Shown in pieces: positions 35,610-45,344 of a stretch of DNA of 64,000 nucleotides. Every line of letters starts with the position of its first letter. Position 1 is the stretch's first letter. The position numbers and the translations under genes were made by a program. The notes under the pieces were generated by a model. The model made no database searches and was not told the origin of the DNA. It was given only the letters and a program-made list of their open reading frames with translations. Origin of the DNA: an uncultured Candidatus Rokubacteria bacterium (GTDB lineage Bacteria > Methylomirabilota > Methylomirabilia > Rokubacteriales > DASRDR01); assembly GCA_963708025.1 (NCBI GenBank), contig CAVPSB010000013.1, forward strand, positions 352,001 through 416,000, read 5' to 3'.

Positions 35610-36590
35610 TCAGCGGGGGAGCAGGATGATCTTCCCGGTCGTCTGCCGGCCGGCCAGCGCAGCCTGCGCCCGGGGCGCGTCGGCCAGCGGATAGCGATGG
35701 TCGATCCGCAGCTTGACCTGGCCGCTGGCGATCCAGCCGAAGACCGTCCGCGACCGCCAGAGCCGCTCCTCCCGGGTGACGAGGTAGTCGAACATCGTCG
35801 GGCGGGTCAGGAACTGCGAGCCGAGACGCGGGAGCCGGTTCAGGTCGAACGGCGGAACGCGCCGGTGCGACATCCCGTAGTAGACGAGCATCGCCCGCCG
35901 GGCCAGGCAGTTGACGGTGCGCTCGAAGGTGGCGACCCCGATGTGGTCGTAGGCGACGTCCACGCCGCGCCCGCCGGTCAGCGCGCGGACCCGGACGTCG
36001 AAGTCCTCGTACGGGATCGCCTCGTCGACGGCGCCGGTCTCGAGCGCGATCCGCCGCTTGGCCTCGGTGGAGGCGGTACCGATCACCCACGCCCCGCGCA
36101 TCCGGGCCATCTGGCCGACGAGGAGGCCGCTGCCCCCTGCCGCCGAGTGGACCAGGCACAGATCGCCCGCCTTGACCGGGTACACGGAGTGGGTCATCGC
36201 GTGGGCGGAGACGCCCTGCATCGCCGCCCCCGCGCCCTGCTCGAAGCTGAGCGCCGCCGGCAGCGGCACCAGCCACTCGGACAGGAGTAGCGCGTGGGTG
36301 CCGTAGGAGCCGCAGCCGCCGTGGTGGTCGCCGCACCAGGCGACCCGGTCCCCCGGCCGGTCGTGGACGCCGGGCCCGACCGCCTCGACGACGCCCGCGC
36401 CCTCCTGGCCGAGGTGGGTCGGCAGCGGCACCGGCCGGAACTGGCCGCTCCGCTGATAGATGTCGTTGAAGTTCACCCCGGCCGCCTCCACGCGGACGAG
36501 CACCTGGCCGGGGCCGAGCGTAGGCGTCGCTCGCTCCTCGAGCTTCATGACCTCGGGACCGCCGTACTCGTAGATCCGGAAGACCTTCAC
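35610..36590 (-). CDS. Quinone oxidoreductase (zeta-crystallin/MDR family), paralog 2
   Basis: GTG start VKVFRIYEYGGPEV; closely similar to paralog 1. Confidence 0.9.
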   Translation of the reverse strand: MKVFRIYEYGGPEVMKLEERATPTLGPGQVLVRVEAAGVNFNDIYQRSGQFRPVPLPTHLGQEGAGVVEAVGPGVHDRPGDRVAWCGDHHGGCGSYGTHALLLSEWLVPLPAALSFEQGAGAAMQGVSAHAMTHSVYPVKAGDLCLVHSAAGGSGLLVGQMARMRGAWVIGTASTEAKRRIALETGAVDEAIPYEDFDVRVRALTGGRGVDVAYDHIGVATFERTVNCLARRAMLVYYGMSHRRVPPFDLNRLPRLGSQFLTRPTMFDYLVTREERLWRSRTVFGWIASGQVKLRIDHRYPLADAPRAQAALAGRQTTGKIILLPR

Positions 36591-36895
36591 GCCCGGTTCC
36601 CTCCGGCACGGCTGGAGAAGTAGACGGGGCCGACGTGCTCCTGGACCCAGCTCACCGTCGTGAAGCCGTGCTCGGTGATCCACTGGTCGTCGAGACCGGT
36701 CGCGGCCTGGGCCTGGGCCGCGGTCTCCCAGGTGGTGACGCCGATCCCCGACTCCTCGCCGGTCTGGATCAGCTCGTAGCCGACGAAGCCGGGCCGCTGG
36801 CGGTAGAGCGGATAGGCCGTGTCACGGGCCCGCTGGAGCGTCTCCTCGGCGGTGCCCTTCTGGAAGGAGTAGACGCTGACGCACGCGTGCGGCAT
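36587..36895 (-). CDS. Small ABM-like (dimeric alpha/beta barrel) protein
   Basis: RQRPGFVGYELI...VTTWETAAQA. Confidence 0.65.
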   Translation of the reverse strand: MPHACVSVYSFQKGTAEETLQRARDTAYPLYRQRPGFVGYELIQTGEESGIGVTTWETAAQAQAATGLDDQWITEHGFTTVSWVQEHVGPVYFSSRAGGNRA

Positions 36896-37036
36896 CCCGA
36901 CCTCCTGTGCCCGTCGCGGGCGCCCCACCATACCATACAGATCGTGGAAACCTCAAAACGTTCTTGCTAAGATTACGCCGCGCTGAAGCGGGTCGGCGGG
37001 TCCATCGCTCACCAACAACCAGCCCGAGGGATCACG

Positions 37037-38065
37037 ATGAAGCCGAGAGTGTTCGTGGTGCAGCCCATCCCCGAGGTCGCGCTGAACCTCCTGCGCGAGG
37101 TGGCCGACGTCGCCGTCTTCCCGCACCTCACCCGACAGATCAGCCTCGACGAGCTGGTGGCGAACGCCCGGCGGAGCGACTACATCTTCGCGATGGGCGA
37201 CACGATCATCCCGGCCGAGGTGATCGACGCCAACCCGGACCTCAAGGGCATCTCGGTGGTGTCCCGGAAGGCGGGCAACGTCAACCTGGAGGCCGCGCGG
37301 GCGCGCCGGCTGCCGGTGGCGATCACGCACCCGGCCGACGCCGTCTACCGGAAGATCTGCAAGGTCACGGGCGACCTGACCATGGCCATGATCCTGGCCC
37401 TGGCCTACCGCCTGTTCGACTCGGACCGGTACACCCGCTGCGGGAAGTTCCAGGAGCAGACCCTGGCCCTCATGGGCGTGGGCTGCCCGGGCAAGACCGC
37501 CGGCCTGATCGGGCTGGGCATCGTCGCCGAGTTCATGGTGCCGCGCCTCCGGGCCTTCGAGATGGAAGTGCTCTACACCAAGCGCACCCGACTCGCGCCC
37601 GAGCGCGAGCGCGCGCTCGGCGTCACCTGGGCGGCCGACAAGGAGGAGGTGCTCCGGCGGAGCGACTTCGTCGTCGTCGCGTGCGATTACAACCCGAGCA
37701 CCCACCTCCTGATCGGCGCCCGCGAGCTCGCCCTGATGAAGCCCACCGCGTTCTTCCTCAACACCGCCCGGGGCCGGATCGTGGACGAGGCGGCGCTGGT
37801 CCGGGCGCTGGAGGACGGCACGATCGCCGGCGCCGGCCTCGACGTCTACTGGAACGAGCCGCCGGTCGTGCCCGACCCGGAGCCCCACCCGGGGCTCCGG
37901 AAGCTGGACAACGTGATCCTGGCGCCGCACAACGGGGGGGCCACCTGGGACGTGCGCGGCGAGATGACCATGTCGGTCGCGCGCAACATCGTGGCGATGA
38001 TCAAGGGCGAGCGGCCGCCCGGCCTCTTCAACCCCGAGATCTACGGCGAGGCCCCCAAGCACTAG
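37037..38065 (+). CDS. D-2-hydroxyacid dehydrogenase (glyoxylate reductase-like)
   Basis: GLIGLGIVA, LNTARGRIVDE, GLDVYWNEP, LAPHNG. Confidence 0.9.
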   Translation: MKPRVFVVQPIPEVALNLLREVADVAVFPHLTRQISLDELVANARRSDYIFAMGDTIIPAEVIDANPDLKGISVVSRKAGNVNLEAARARRLPVAITHPADAVYRKICKVTGDLTMAMILALAYRLFDSDRYTRCGKFQEQTLALMGVGCPGKTAGLIGLGIVAEFMVPRLRAFEMEVLYTKRTRLAPERERALGVTWAADKEEVLRRSDFVVVACDYNPSTHLLIGARELALMKPTAFFLNTARGRIVDEAALVRALEDGTIAGAGLDVYWNEPPVVPDPEPHPGLRKLDNVILAPHNGGATWDVRGEMTMSVARNIVAMIKGERPPGLFNPEIYGEAPKH

Positions 38066-38066
38066 A

Positions 38067-38103
38067 CCCTCACCCCAACCCTCTCCCTGGGAGGGAGAGG
38101 GAG
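38067..38103 (+). repeat. Family B REP-like repeat, uninterrupted
   Basis: CCCTCACCCCAACCCTCTCCCTGGGAGGGAGAGGGAG right after the stop codon. Confidence 0.8.
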
Positions 38104-38110
38104 CGGAGAG

Positions 38111-38745
38111 TCAGTGGCCTTCGGGGGAGCTCGGGGCCGAGCTGGTCCTGAGGATCCGGACGGTCAGGAGCAGGAGGACGGCCACCGCCCCGAGGATCGC
38201 TCCCCACAGGAGGAGCGAAGGCGGCACGTCCCCCAGGTAGTCGCCGGCCCCGCGCCGGAAGGCCGCGTTGGTCTCGATGGGGTCGGCCTCGACGGCTACC
38301 GGGGAGTACGCCAGGATCTCCTTCCGGAGGCTCGCGATGTCGTAGCGCGGCGGCTGGGCCTGGGCGTTGCCGATGAGCAGGCGGTAGGCGCCGGGCGCCG
38401 CCTTGAAGGCGAGGCGCGGCACCCGGACGACGCCCTGGGCCCGCACGAGGGTGAGCGGCGCGTTGTCCCCCTCGTTGATCTCCAGGAAGAGCTCGCCTAC
38501 CCGGGACCCGTCGAGCGCGAGGACGATCGGCTCGGGGCCGGCCGGCGCACCCGGAGTCGCGGGACGGCCCGCGGGCTCGGCCGCCCGCGCGAGCGTGCCG
38601 GCGAAGAGCGTCCGCTCGCCGCCGCGCGGCCCCGGCGGAGCCGGGGCCAGGAGCCGGGCCGGCCGGCGGGCCTGGGCGGCGGAGATCGCCCAGGCGGATT
38701 CCGCCGGACCGAAGTCCTCGGCTGGGATGCCGAGCCGGCGTACCG
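38111..38745 (-). pseudogene. C-terminal fragment of a DUF3999-like membrane-anchored protein
   Basis: INEGDNAPL, PPRYDIA, C-terminal TM LLLWGAILGAVAVLLLL; no clear start. Confidence 0.45.
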
Positions 38746-38748
38746 GTC

Positions 38749-39627
38749 CTACGGACGGCGCGCCGCGGCTGCTGCCGGCAGGGCCTGCGCGATCTCCTGC
38801 AGGGTCTGGGCGACCTTCGGATCCTGATCGAGGAAGTGGATGTCCACGTTCCGGAGCCAGCTTCGCGCCGCTGTCCGCGCCTGGCACACCTCGACGATCA
38901 CCTCCGCCGGGCGGTGGACCTTCCCTTCGACCAGAGTGGTCTTGAAGGCATAGCTCTTGAAGATGCAGTCGGATCGGCGCCACTCGTCGGGTGCGGCCGA
39001 CTCGATCAGGATATTGAGGAACCGCGGCGACGTCGTGCTCACCGCCTCGAAGGCCCCGGGGCGGCCCAGGCGATCGCGGAGCAGCGAGAACAGGCGGGTC
39101 AGCCCGGATCGCTCGTCCGGCCACTTCGGATCGTCAACGTAGCGAAAGTGCGAGACGAAGGTCGCGATGTCGCCCGCCGACAGGGCGCGGAACGCCTGGC
39201 CCAGCATCTGCGCACTGGCAGCCTCCCCGGCGTCCGCGGTCCCGGCCGGTGCCGGGGTCCGGGCCGGCGCCGCAGCCGCCGCCGGCGGCGCCGGAGCCAC
39301 GGCCGGCGGTGCCGGAGCCACGACCGGCGGCACCGCAGCCGCGGCCGGCGGTGCCGGAGCCACCGCCGCGGGAGCCGCCGGCACGGGGGCCGACGGCTCG
39401 GGGTCGGCCGGCGCTCGGCGCGGACCCTCGATTCTCAGGATCTCCGAGTTCCGGATCGAGATCTTGCCGCCGAAATGGTAGTACTCGACGAAGTCGCCGG
39501 CCCTGCGCCAGCTGTCCACATCGATGATGTTCCCGTTCCGCAGATAGATCACGTCGGCGGAGAGGAGTCGCGGCACCAGCAGCACGCCGAGCAGCGCCAG
39601 CGTCAGTCGGGGGACGGTGCTGGACAT
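38749..39627 (-). CDS. Exported hypothetical protein with Pro/Ala linker
   Basis: Signal peptide, ADVIYLRNG domain, repeated AVAPAPP linker. Confidence 0.7.
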   Translation of the reverse strand: MSSTVPRLTLALLGVLLVPRLLSADVIYLRNGNIIDVDSWRRAGDFVEYYHFGGKISIRNSEILRIEGPRRAPADPEPSAPVPAAPAAVAPAPPAAAAVPPVVAPAPPAVAPAPPAAAAAPARTPAPAGTADAGEAASAQMLGQAFRALSAGDIATFVSHFRYVDDPKWPDERSGLTRLFSLLRDRLGRPGAFEAVSTTSPRFLNILIESAAPDEWRRSDCIFKSYAFKTTLVEGKVHRPAEVIVEVCQARTAARSWLRNVDIHFLDQDPKVAQTLQEIAQALPAAAAARRP

Positions 39628-39828
39628 GGGGACCTCCCTCGCGGCCGGAGCCTTTCGTTAACTCGGAGCCGCACTCGCACGGCAGCCCGACCAGCACCGG
39701 GCGGGGTAACGAAACTCTGACGAGTCTATGGACCGCGGGGCCCCGGTGTCAAGAAAATCGAGCCCGGCATCGGTCACGCCGGGGAATCCGGGCCCCGGCG
39801 ACCGAGCCCGAGGGTGGGGCCGACGCGT

Positions 39829-39882
39829 TCCCCCTCCTCACCCTGCCCTCTCCCGCGGAGGCGGAAAAGGGCAGGAGAGGGG
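39829..39882 (+). repeat. Degenerate family B repeat
   Basis: CCTCACCCTGCCCTCTCCCGC...GGAGAGGGG. Confidence 0.6.
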
Positions 39883-39907
39883 TCGGGAGATCGGGGGAGC
39901 CGCCGCC

Positions 39908-40588
39908 TCAGGCCCGGGTGTCGCGCACCAGGATCAGCTCGCCGTGCTCGTCGAGCTGGTAGACGAGCTCGCCCCTTTCGTGCAGTACCCGCACGGTGAA
40001 CGTCTCGTCGTGCTCGACCGCGACCACCAGCGCCTCGAGGGCGCCGCGCTCGGTCATCGCCACGTCCAGCCGGAGGCAGGGGACGATGAAGCTGTCGTCG
40101 GCCGTGTCGGTGAGGTCGAAGAGCTCGAGGCTCGCCTGGGTGTCCCCCGTCACCGTGGTGCGCAGGCAGGGTTCGAGCCCGCTCACCCGCGGGTGGAAGT
40201 GCGCCGAGGTCACCACGCCCCCTTCCCGCCGCGTCGTGTAGCTCGGCACCCCCCGCCCGTGTCCGCGTCGAACAGGCTGAACGTCTCCACCCCGCCGAAG
40301 TCCGAGGTCCGCAAGCAGGGCACGATCTCGCCCGTGCGGGTGCGCTCGCGGACGATGTGGTCGTACTCGATGTCCGGGCGCGCGACGACGTCCAGGACGA
40401 GCACGTCGTGGTCCCGGGCGGTGGCGCCCCGCACGGTCACCCCGAACCCGCTCGAGCAGCTCGCTCGCCGCCCGGAAGCGGAGGCGGTCGCGCAGCGTGA
40501 ACGCCTCGGCCGCGCGGGCGGCCAGCGCGCCCACCACCGCCACCGCGCCCGCGATCAGGCCCCGTCGCGTCACTGTCGTGTCAGCCAT
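39908..40588 (-). CDS. Tat-exported hypothetical protein with three PCLR motifs; two compensating frameshifts
   Basis: VTRRGLI signal; middle part is protein-like only in the alternative frame 40210-40440. Confidence 0.6.
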   Translation of the reverse strand: MADTTVTRRGLIAGAVAVVGALAARAAEAFTLRDRLRFRAASELLERVRGDRAGRHRPGPRRARPGRRRAPGHRVRPHRPRAHPHGRDRALLADLGLRRGGDVQPVRRGHGRGVPSYTTRREGGVVTSAHFHPRVSGLEPCLRTTVTGDTQASLELFDLTDTADDSFIVPCLRLDVAMTERGALEALVVAVEHDETFTVRVLHERGELVYQLDEHGELILVRDTRA

Positions 40589-40765
40589 TACCGGGTCCTC
40601 CTCGTGTCGCATCGGTTGCTCGATGCCATCGGGCTCGGGCGATCGCGCCCCGGGGCCTCCCCTCCCTCGCGATGCATCCGCCGTGACTCTCCCGCGCTCG
40701 CGGGCGACCGGCAGTCTACGCGATCGGGGCGGGCCGTCGCAAGCGCGACGTGGGGGCCGGAAATC

Positions 40766-41611
40766 CTAGATGGGAGGCGTGCGCGGGACCGGCGAGGGGT
40801 AGAGCTCGGGCCGCCGCCACTGGGTCAGCAGGCCCGCCTTGGCGGCGTTCTCGAGCTGGGAGCCGACCCGGTCCTCCTGGGCGCGGAGCTCCCGGATCCG
40901 CGTGAGGTTGACGTCGAGCAGGAACCGGCCGGGCCGGGTGCTCTCGAAGACGATCTCCTCCGGCGTGGCCACCATCGCCAGGCCCCGCTGCTCGGGCCCG
41001 AAGAGGTTCTGCGTGGTGACGACCACCGCCAGGTTCTCGATGGCGCGGGCCCAGATCAGGTTGCGCCAGGTGGCCCACAGCCGGTTCTTGTCCACGCCGG
41101 CGGGCAGGAAGATGACCTCGGCGCCGCGCAGCGCCAGGGCCCGGCTGACCTCCGGCACGTAGACCTCGCTGCACATCGCCAGCCCGATCACGCCGTGCTC
41201 GGTCGCGAAGACCGGGAAGTCGTCGCCGGCCACGTACTCGAAGTCCCAGTAGGCGCCGCCGGTGTAGATCCACGGCCCCGGCGGATGGGTCCGCCGGTAG
41301 CTGCCGGGGGACCCGCCCGCGGGCCGGGCCAGGCGCAGCACGTTGTGCGCCCGGCGGCCGTCACTCCCGAGCGGCTCCAGCGTGCCGAACTGCACGTACA
41401 CCCCGCAGCGCCGGGCGGCATCGGCCATCGCCGCCGTCGGGTCGAAGCGCATCGGCATGCGCCAGGGCCCGGGGTAGGTCTCGGGGAAGGCGACGATCCG
41501 GGCGCCCTCGCGGGCGGCGGCCTCGACGTGGCGGACCGCGTCGGCCACGTTCCGCTCGTCCTCCGGGGGACGGTGCGCCAGCGGCTGGACGAGCGCTAGC
41601 TTGAACCCCAT
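40766..41611 (-). CDS. Carbon-nitrogen hydrolase (nitrilase superfamily)
   Basis: FPETY, YRRTH, AMCSEVY, WARAIEN. Confidence 0.88.
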   Translation of the reverse strand: MGFKLALVQPLAHRPPEDERNVADAVRHVEAAAREGARIVAFPETYPGPWRMPMRFDPTAAMADAARRCGVYVQFGTLEPLGSDGRRAHNVLRLARPAGGSPGSYRRTHPPGPWIYTGGAYWDFEYVAGDDFPVFATEHGVIGLAMCSEVYVPEVSRALALRGAEVIFLPAGVDKNRLWATWRNLIWARAIENLAVVVTTQNLFGPEQRGLAMVATPEEIVFESTRPGRFLLDVNLTRIRELRAQEDRVGSQLENAAKAGLLTQWRRPELYPSPVPRTPPI

Positions 41612-42615
41612 CACGCGAGTCCCAGGAGCTTGGCCAGGTTCCGCCCCAGGACCCGCGCCTCGCGCTCGCGCCCGAGACCCAGGCGCCGGATCGCGTCCAC
41701 CGGCGCCGGGTCGCCCATGTGGAACGGGTAGTCGCTGCCGATGACCACGTGCTCGTCCCCCATCCGGTCGAGCAGGAAGCGCAGCGAGAGGTCGCTGTGG
41801 ATCAGGCTGTCGCAGTAGATGCTCGCCAGGTACTCGCTCGGCCGTCGCGGCAGCCGCTCCCTCAGCTCGGCCCGCACCGCATACCCGTGGTCCAGCCGCC
41901 CGATCTGGTACGGGAAGTACCCGCCCCCGTGGGCCAGGATCACCCGGAGCCCCGGGAACCGCTCGAACACGCCGCCCAGGATCAGGCGGGCGACCGTGAG
42001 CGCCGTCTCCGTCGGGAACCCGACCAGGTTCCAGAGGTGCAGATCCTCCAGCCGCCGGACGTCTCCCGAGTTCTGCGGGTGCAGGAAGAACGGCACCCCC
42101 AGCCGCTCCGCCGCCGCCCACACCGGGGTCAGGCTCGGATCGTCCAGATCCAGCCCGTTGACGTGCGTGCACAGCTCGGCGCCCCGGAGCCCGAGCTCCG
42201 TCACCGCCCGCTCCAGCTCGCGGGCCGCCCGCGCCCCGTCCTGCATCGGCAGCGACGCGAGCCCGATGAACCGGTCGGGGTGCGCCCGGGCCAGCGCCGC
42301 CATGCCGTCGTTCATGACCCGGGCGATCCGCTCGCCGACCTCGGGGGTCGCCCAGTAGAAGAACATCTCGGGCGGCGGCCCCATCGCCGCCGCGTCCAGC
42401 TTCCGCCGGTTCAGGGCCTCCAGGATCAGCCGGTCGTCGGACAGCTCGGCGCGGAGCGTCGTGTCCGGCTCGACCGGCACCCCCGGCGGCGGGTGATACT
42501 GGAGACGGTCCCGGCCGTCCTCGGAGACCTCCACCGCCTCGCGAAACGCCCCCCGCCGCACCGCCTCGGCGAACCGCGGCGGCACGACGTGGAAGTGGAC
42601 GTCGATCGATTCCAC
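41611..42615 (-). CDS. Amidohydrolase_2 family (ACMS decarboxylase-like), paralog 1
   Basis: IDVHFH, FLHP, AHGGGY, GSDYPF. Confidence 0.9.
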   Translation of the reverse strand: MESIDVHFHVVPPRFAEAVRRGAFREAVEVSEDGRDRLQYHPPPGVPVEPDTTLRAELSDDRLILEALNRRKLDAAAMGPPPEMFFYWATPEVGERIARVMNDGMAALARAHPDRFIGLASLPMQDGARAARELERAVTELGLRGAELCTHVNGLDLDDPSLTPVWAAAERLGVPFFLHPQNSGDVRRLEDLHLWNLVGFPTETALTVARLILGGVFERFPGLRVILAHGGGYFPYQIGRLDHGYAVRAELRERLPRRPSEYLASIYCDSLIHSDLSLRFLLDRMGDEHVVIGSDYPFHMGDPAPVDAIRRLGLGREREARVLGRNLAKLLGLA

Positions 42616-42621
42616 CGGGCG

Positions 42622-43911
42622 CTACTTCCCGGCCGCCCGCGTGAACTCCTCGGCGGCCTGGTCGAGCGCCTGCTTCGGGTCGGCGTTGTTCAGGATCACG
42701 CGGTCGATCATCCGGACCAGCGACCCCTGCAGCTCCCCGTAGTTCGTCGTCCGCGCCAGCGGCCTGCCCACCGACAGGTCGTGGACGAACACCGCCAGGA
42801 ACGGGGTCCCCTTGGCCGCGGGCGTGTCGTACCACCCGCGCGTCCCCTGCAGGAACTTGATGTTCCACCAGAGGTCCGGCCGGGAGCTCAGGTGGCGGAT
42901 GAAGTCCCAGGCCACGCGCTTCTGGGGGGCGGAGGCCTTGGCGTTCACGGTCCAGGCGTACGAGTAGATGATGGTCGCCGGACGCTCGGCCCGCATCTGC
43001 GGCAGCGGGGCGACGGTGTAGTTGCCCTTCATGCCGGGGCTGATTCGCTCGATGATGGGGCCGACGTGGGGGCCGGCGAAGGTCATGGCGTCCTGCTCGG
43101 TGGCGAAGTCCTGGTACGGCGAGAACCGGGTGTTCTGCGTGATCTGGGGGGCGACCGTCACGCTCTTCCACACCTGGAGCGCCCGCACCCCGGCCTCGCC
43201 GTTGAACGTCGGCTTGCCGTCCCGGGTCATCTCGCCCCCGGCCTGGTAGAGGAGGATCTGGAACATCTGCGCCAGCCAGTGCTCGGCGGCGTAGCGCATC
43301 TCCCAGCCCTTCTGGACGATCCGGTCGGCCCTCCGCTTGGTCAGCGTCTTGTTCAGCTTCAGCACGTCGTCCCAGGTCTTCGGCGCGTCCTTGACCGGGT
43401 CGAGCCCCGCCTCCCGGAACAGGCGGTTGTTGACGTACAGGCTGTGGGCGTTCATCTGGTCCGGAACGCCGTACAGCTTGCCGCCGTCCATCATGGCGTC
43501 CAGCACGTTGGGGAGGTAGCCCTTGAGCACGCCGTCGACGCTGTCCTCGCCCCAGGCCGCCGGGGGCAGCGGATCGAGCGCCCCCACCCCCATGAACTTG
43601 GGCAGGTTGAAGTCGGCGACCTCGAAGATCTCCGGCGCGGTGCCCGTGCTCACCGCCACCGCGATCTTGTCCGACTTGACGTCGGTCTCGAACTTGATGG
43701 TGACGTTGGGATGGAGCTTCTGGTACTCGGCGATCAGCGACTTGATGAGCTCGCCCTTGGTCCCGTTCCCGGTGTCCCAGTAGCCGATGGTGACCGGCTC
43801 CGTCGGCAGCGTCCAGGCCGGGGCTCCGCGGGCGGTCCCGCCGTGGACCAGCAGCAGACCCAGCGCGACGACCAGCAAGGCTCCGGACACGACACGACCT
43901 TGGCGCTTCAT
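42622..43911 (-). CDS. ABC extracellular solute-binding protein (family 1), type A
   Basis: Signal peptide; LYVNNRLFREAGLDP..PKTWDD. Confidence 0.9.
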   Translation of the reverse strand: MKRQGRVVSGALLVVALGLLLVHGGTARGAPAWTLPTEPVTIGYWDTGNGTKGELIKSLIAEYQKLHPNVTIKFETDVKSDKIAVAVSTGTAPEIFEVADFNLPKFMGVGALDPLPPAAWGEDSVDGVLKGYLPNVLDAMMDGGKLYGVPDQMNAHSLYVNNRLFREAGLDPVKDAPKTWDDVLKLNKTLTKRRADRIVQKGWEMRYAAEHWLAQMFQILLYQAGGEMTRDGKPTFNGEAGVRALQVWKSVTVAPQITQNTRFSPYQDFATEQDAMTFAGPHVGPIIERISPGMKGNYTVAPLPQMRAERPATIIYSYAWTVNAKASAPQKRVAWDFIRHLSSRPDLWWNIKFLQGTRGWYDTPAAKGTPFLAVFVHDLSVGRPLARTTNYGELQGSLVRMIDRVILNNADPKQALDQAAEEFTRAAGK

Positions 43912-43983
43912 GCCCACTCCTCCCTTCGGGAGCGCTCGATCGATTCCATCGGGCGCTAGCTCCTCGATGCCCGGATGAACGTC

Positions 43984-45315
43984 CTAGCCGCGGGTGGCGC
44001 GCTGGAACTCGCTGGCGGCCTGATCGAGGGCCGCCTTCGGCTCGGCGCCGCTGAAGATCACCCGCTCGATCGCCCGAGCGATGGCCGACGACAGCTCGTT
44101 GAAGTGCTCGGTCCGCACCATCGGCCGGCCGATGGCGAGGTCGTTGATGAAGACGTCGTAGAACGGCAGGATCTGCCGCGCCTCCGGGCTGGTGGCCCAC
44201 GTCTTGAAGGGCAGCAGCGAGCCGTTGTTCGCGAGCCAGATCTTGGGGTCGCTCACCGCGTGGCGGACGAAGTCCCAGGCGATCTTCTTCTTGTCGTCGG
44301 ACACCCGCGGGTTGACCACGATGTCGAAGGAGTACGACATGGTGACCGGCCGGGCCCGGTTGAGCTGCGGCAGCGGCACCGCCGTGTAGTTGTCCTTCAT
44401 CTTCGGGTTGAGGGTGACGATCTGCCGGCCCCCGTTGGGGCCGATGTAGGTCATGACGTCCTGCTCCTGGGCGAAGTCCTCGAAGGGCGAGGCGCCGCTG
44501 TTCTTGGTCACGGTGGGGGCGGTGGTCACGCTCTTCCACACCTCGAGCGCCTTCACCCCCGGCTCCTGATTGAACACCGGCCGGCCCTCCCGGTCCAGGA
44601 CTTCGCCCCCCGCCTGGTAGATCAGGTGATGGAACATCATGGCCAGCCAGTGGGTGCCGACGTAGCGCACCTCGAAGCCCTTCTGGACGATCTGGTCACC
44701 CTTCTTCCGGGTCAGGACACGGTTGAGCCGCGCCACGTCGTCCCAGGTCTTCGGCGCGTCCTTCACCGGATCGAGGCCCGCCTCCCGGAACAGCCGGTTG
44801 TTGACGTACAGGCTGTGGGAGGCCACGAAGTCCGGCACCCCGTACAGCTTGTTCTCGTGCTGCATGGCGGCCAGGCTGCCGGGCACGTAGGCGTCCAGCA
44901 TCTCGGGGAGCGACTTGTAGCCGAACGCCTCGGGGGGAACCGGGTCCAGCAGGTTCTTGGCGAAGTAGGTCGGGAAGAACCAGTCGCCCAGCTCGAAGAT
45001 CTCGGGGGCGGTGCCGGTGGCGGTCGCCGCCAGCAGCTTCTGGAGCAGGTCGGCGGTGGAGATGCTCTCGTACTTGACGGTGTAGCCGGGGCGGAGCTGC
45101 CTGTACGAGGGCAGGAGGAACTGGTTGTAGAGCGCCACCTTGAGGTGCGAGGTCGAGTCCCAGAACGTGGCGGTGACGTTCCCGGCCGGCAGCTTCCACT
45201 CCGCCCGCGCGCGGCGAGCGGGGCCCAGGGCCGCCATGGCGGCGGCGCCCCCGGCCATCCGGAGCAGCCCGCGGCGCGAGACACCGTTCCGAGTGGTGGC
45301 GTGATGGCTCGACAT
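43984..45315 (-). CDS. ABC extracellular solute-binding protein (family 1), type B, Tat signal
   Basis: VSRRGLL; same LFREAGLDP motif. Confidence 0.9.
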   Translation of the reverse strand: MSSHHATTRNGVSRRGLLRMAGGAAAMAALGPARRARAEWKLPAGNVTATFWDSTSHLKVALYNQFLLPSYRQLRPGYTVKYESISTADLLQKLLAATATGTAPEIFELGDWFFPTYFAKNLLDPVPPEAFGYKSLPEMLDAYVPGSLAAMQHENKLYGVPDFVASHSLYVNNRLFREAGLDPVKDAPKTWDDVARLNRVLTRKKGDQIVQKGFEVRYVGTHWLAMMFHHLIYQAGGEVLDREGRPVFNQEPGVKALEVWKSVTTAPTVTKNSGASPFEDFAQEQDVMTYIGPNGGRQIVTLNPKMKDNYTAVPLPQLNRARPVTMSYSFDIVVNPRVSDDKKKIAWDFVRHAVSDPKIWLANNGSLLPFKTWATSPEARQILPFYDVFINDLAIGRPMVRTEHFNELSSAIARAIERVIFSGAEPKAALDQAASEFQRATRG

Positions 45316-45344
45316 GGTGGCTCTCCCTTCCGTCTGCGATGCGT

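Noticed and set aside
39240-39390. Tandem GGCGGTGCCGGAGCCAC-like repeats
   Set aside because: They encode a Pro/Ala linker inside an ORF.
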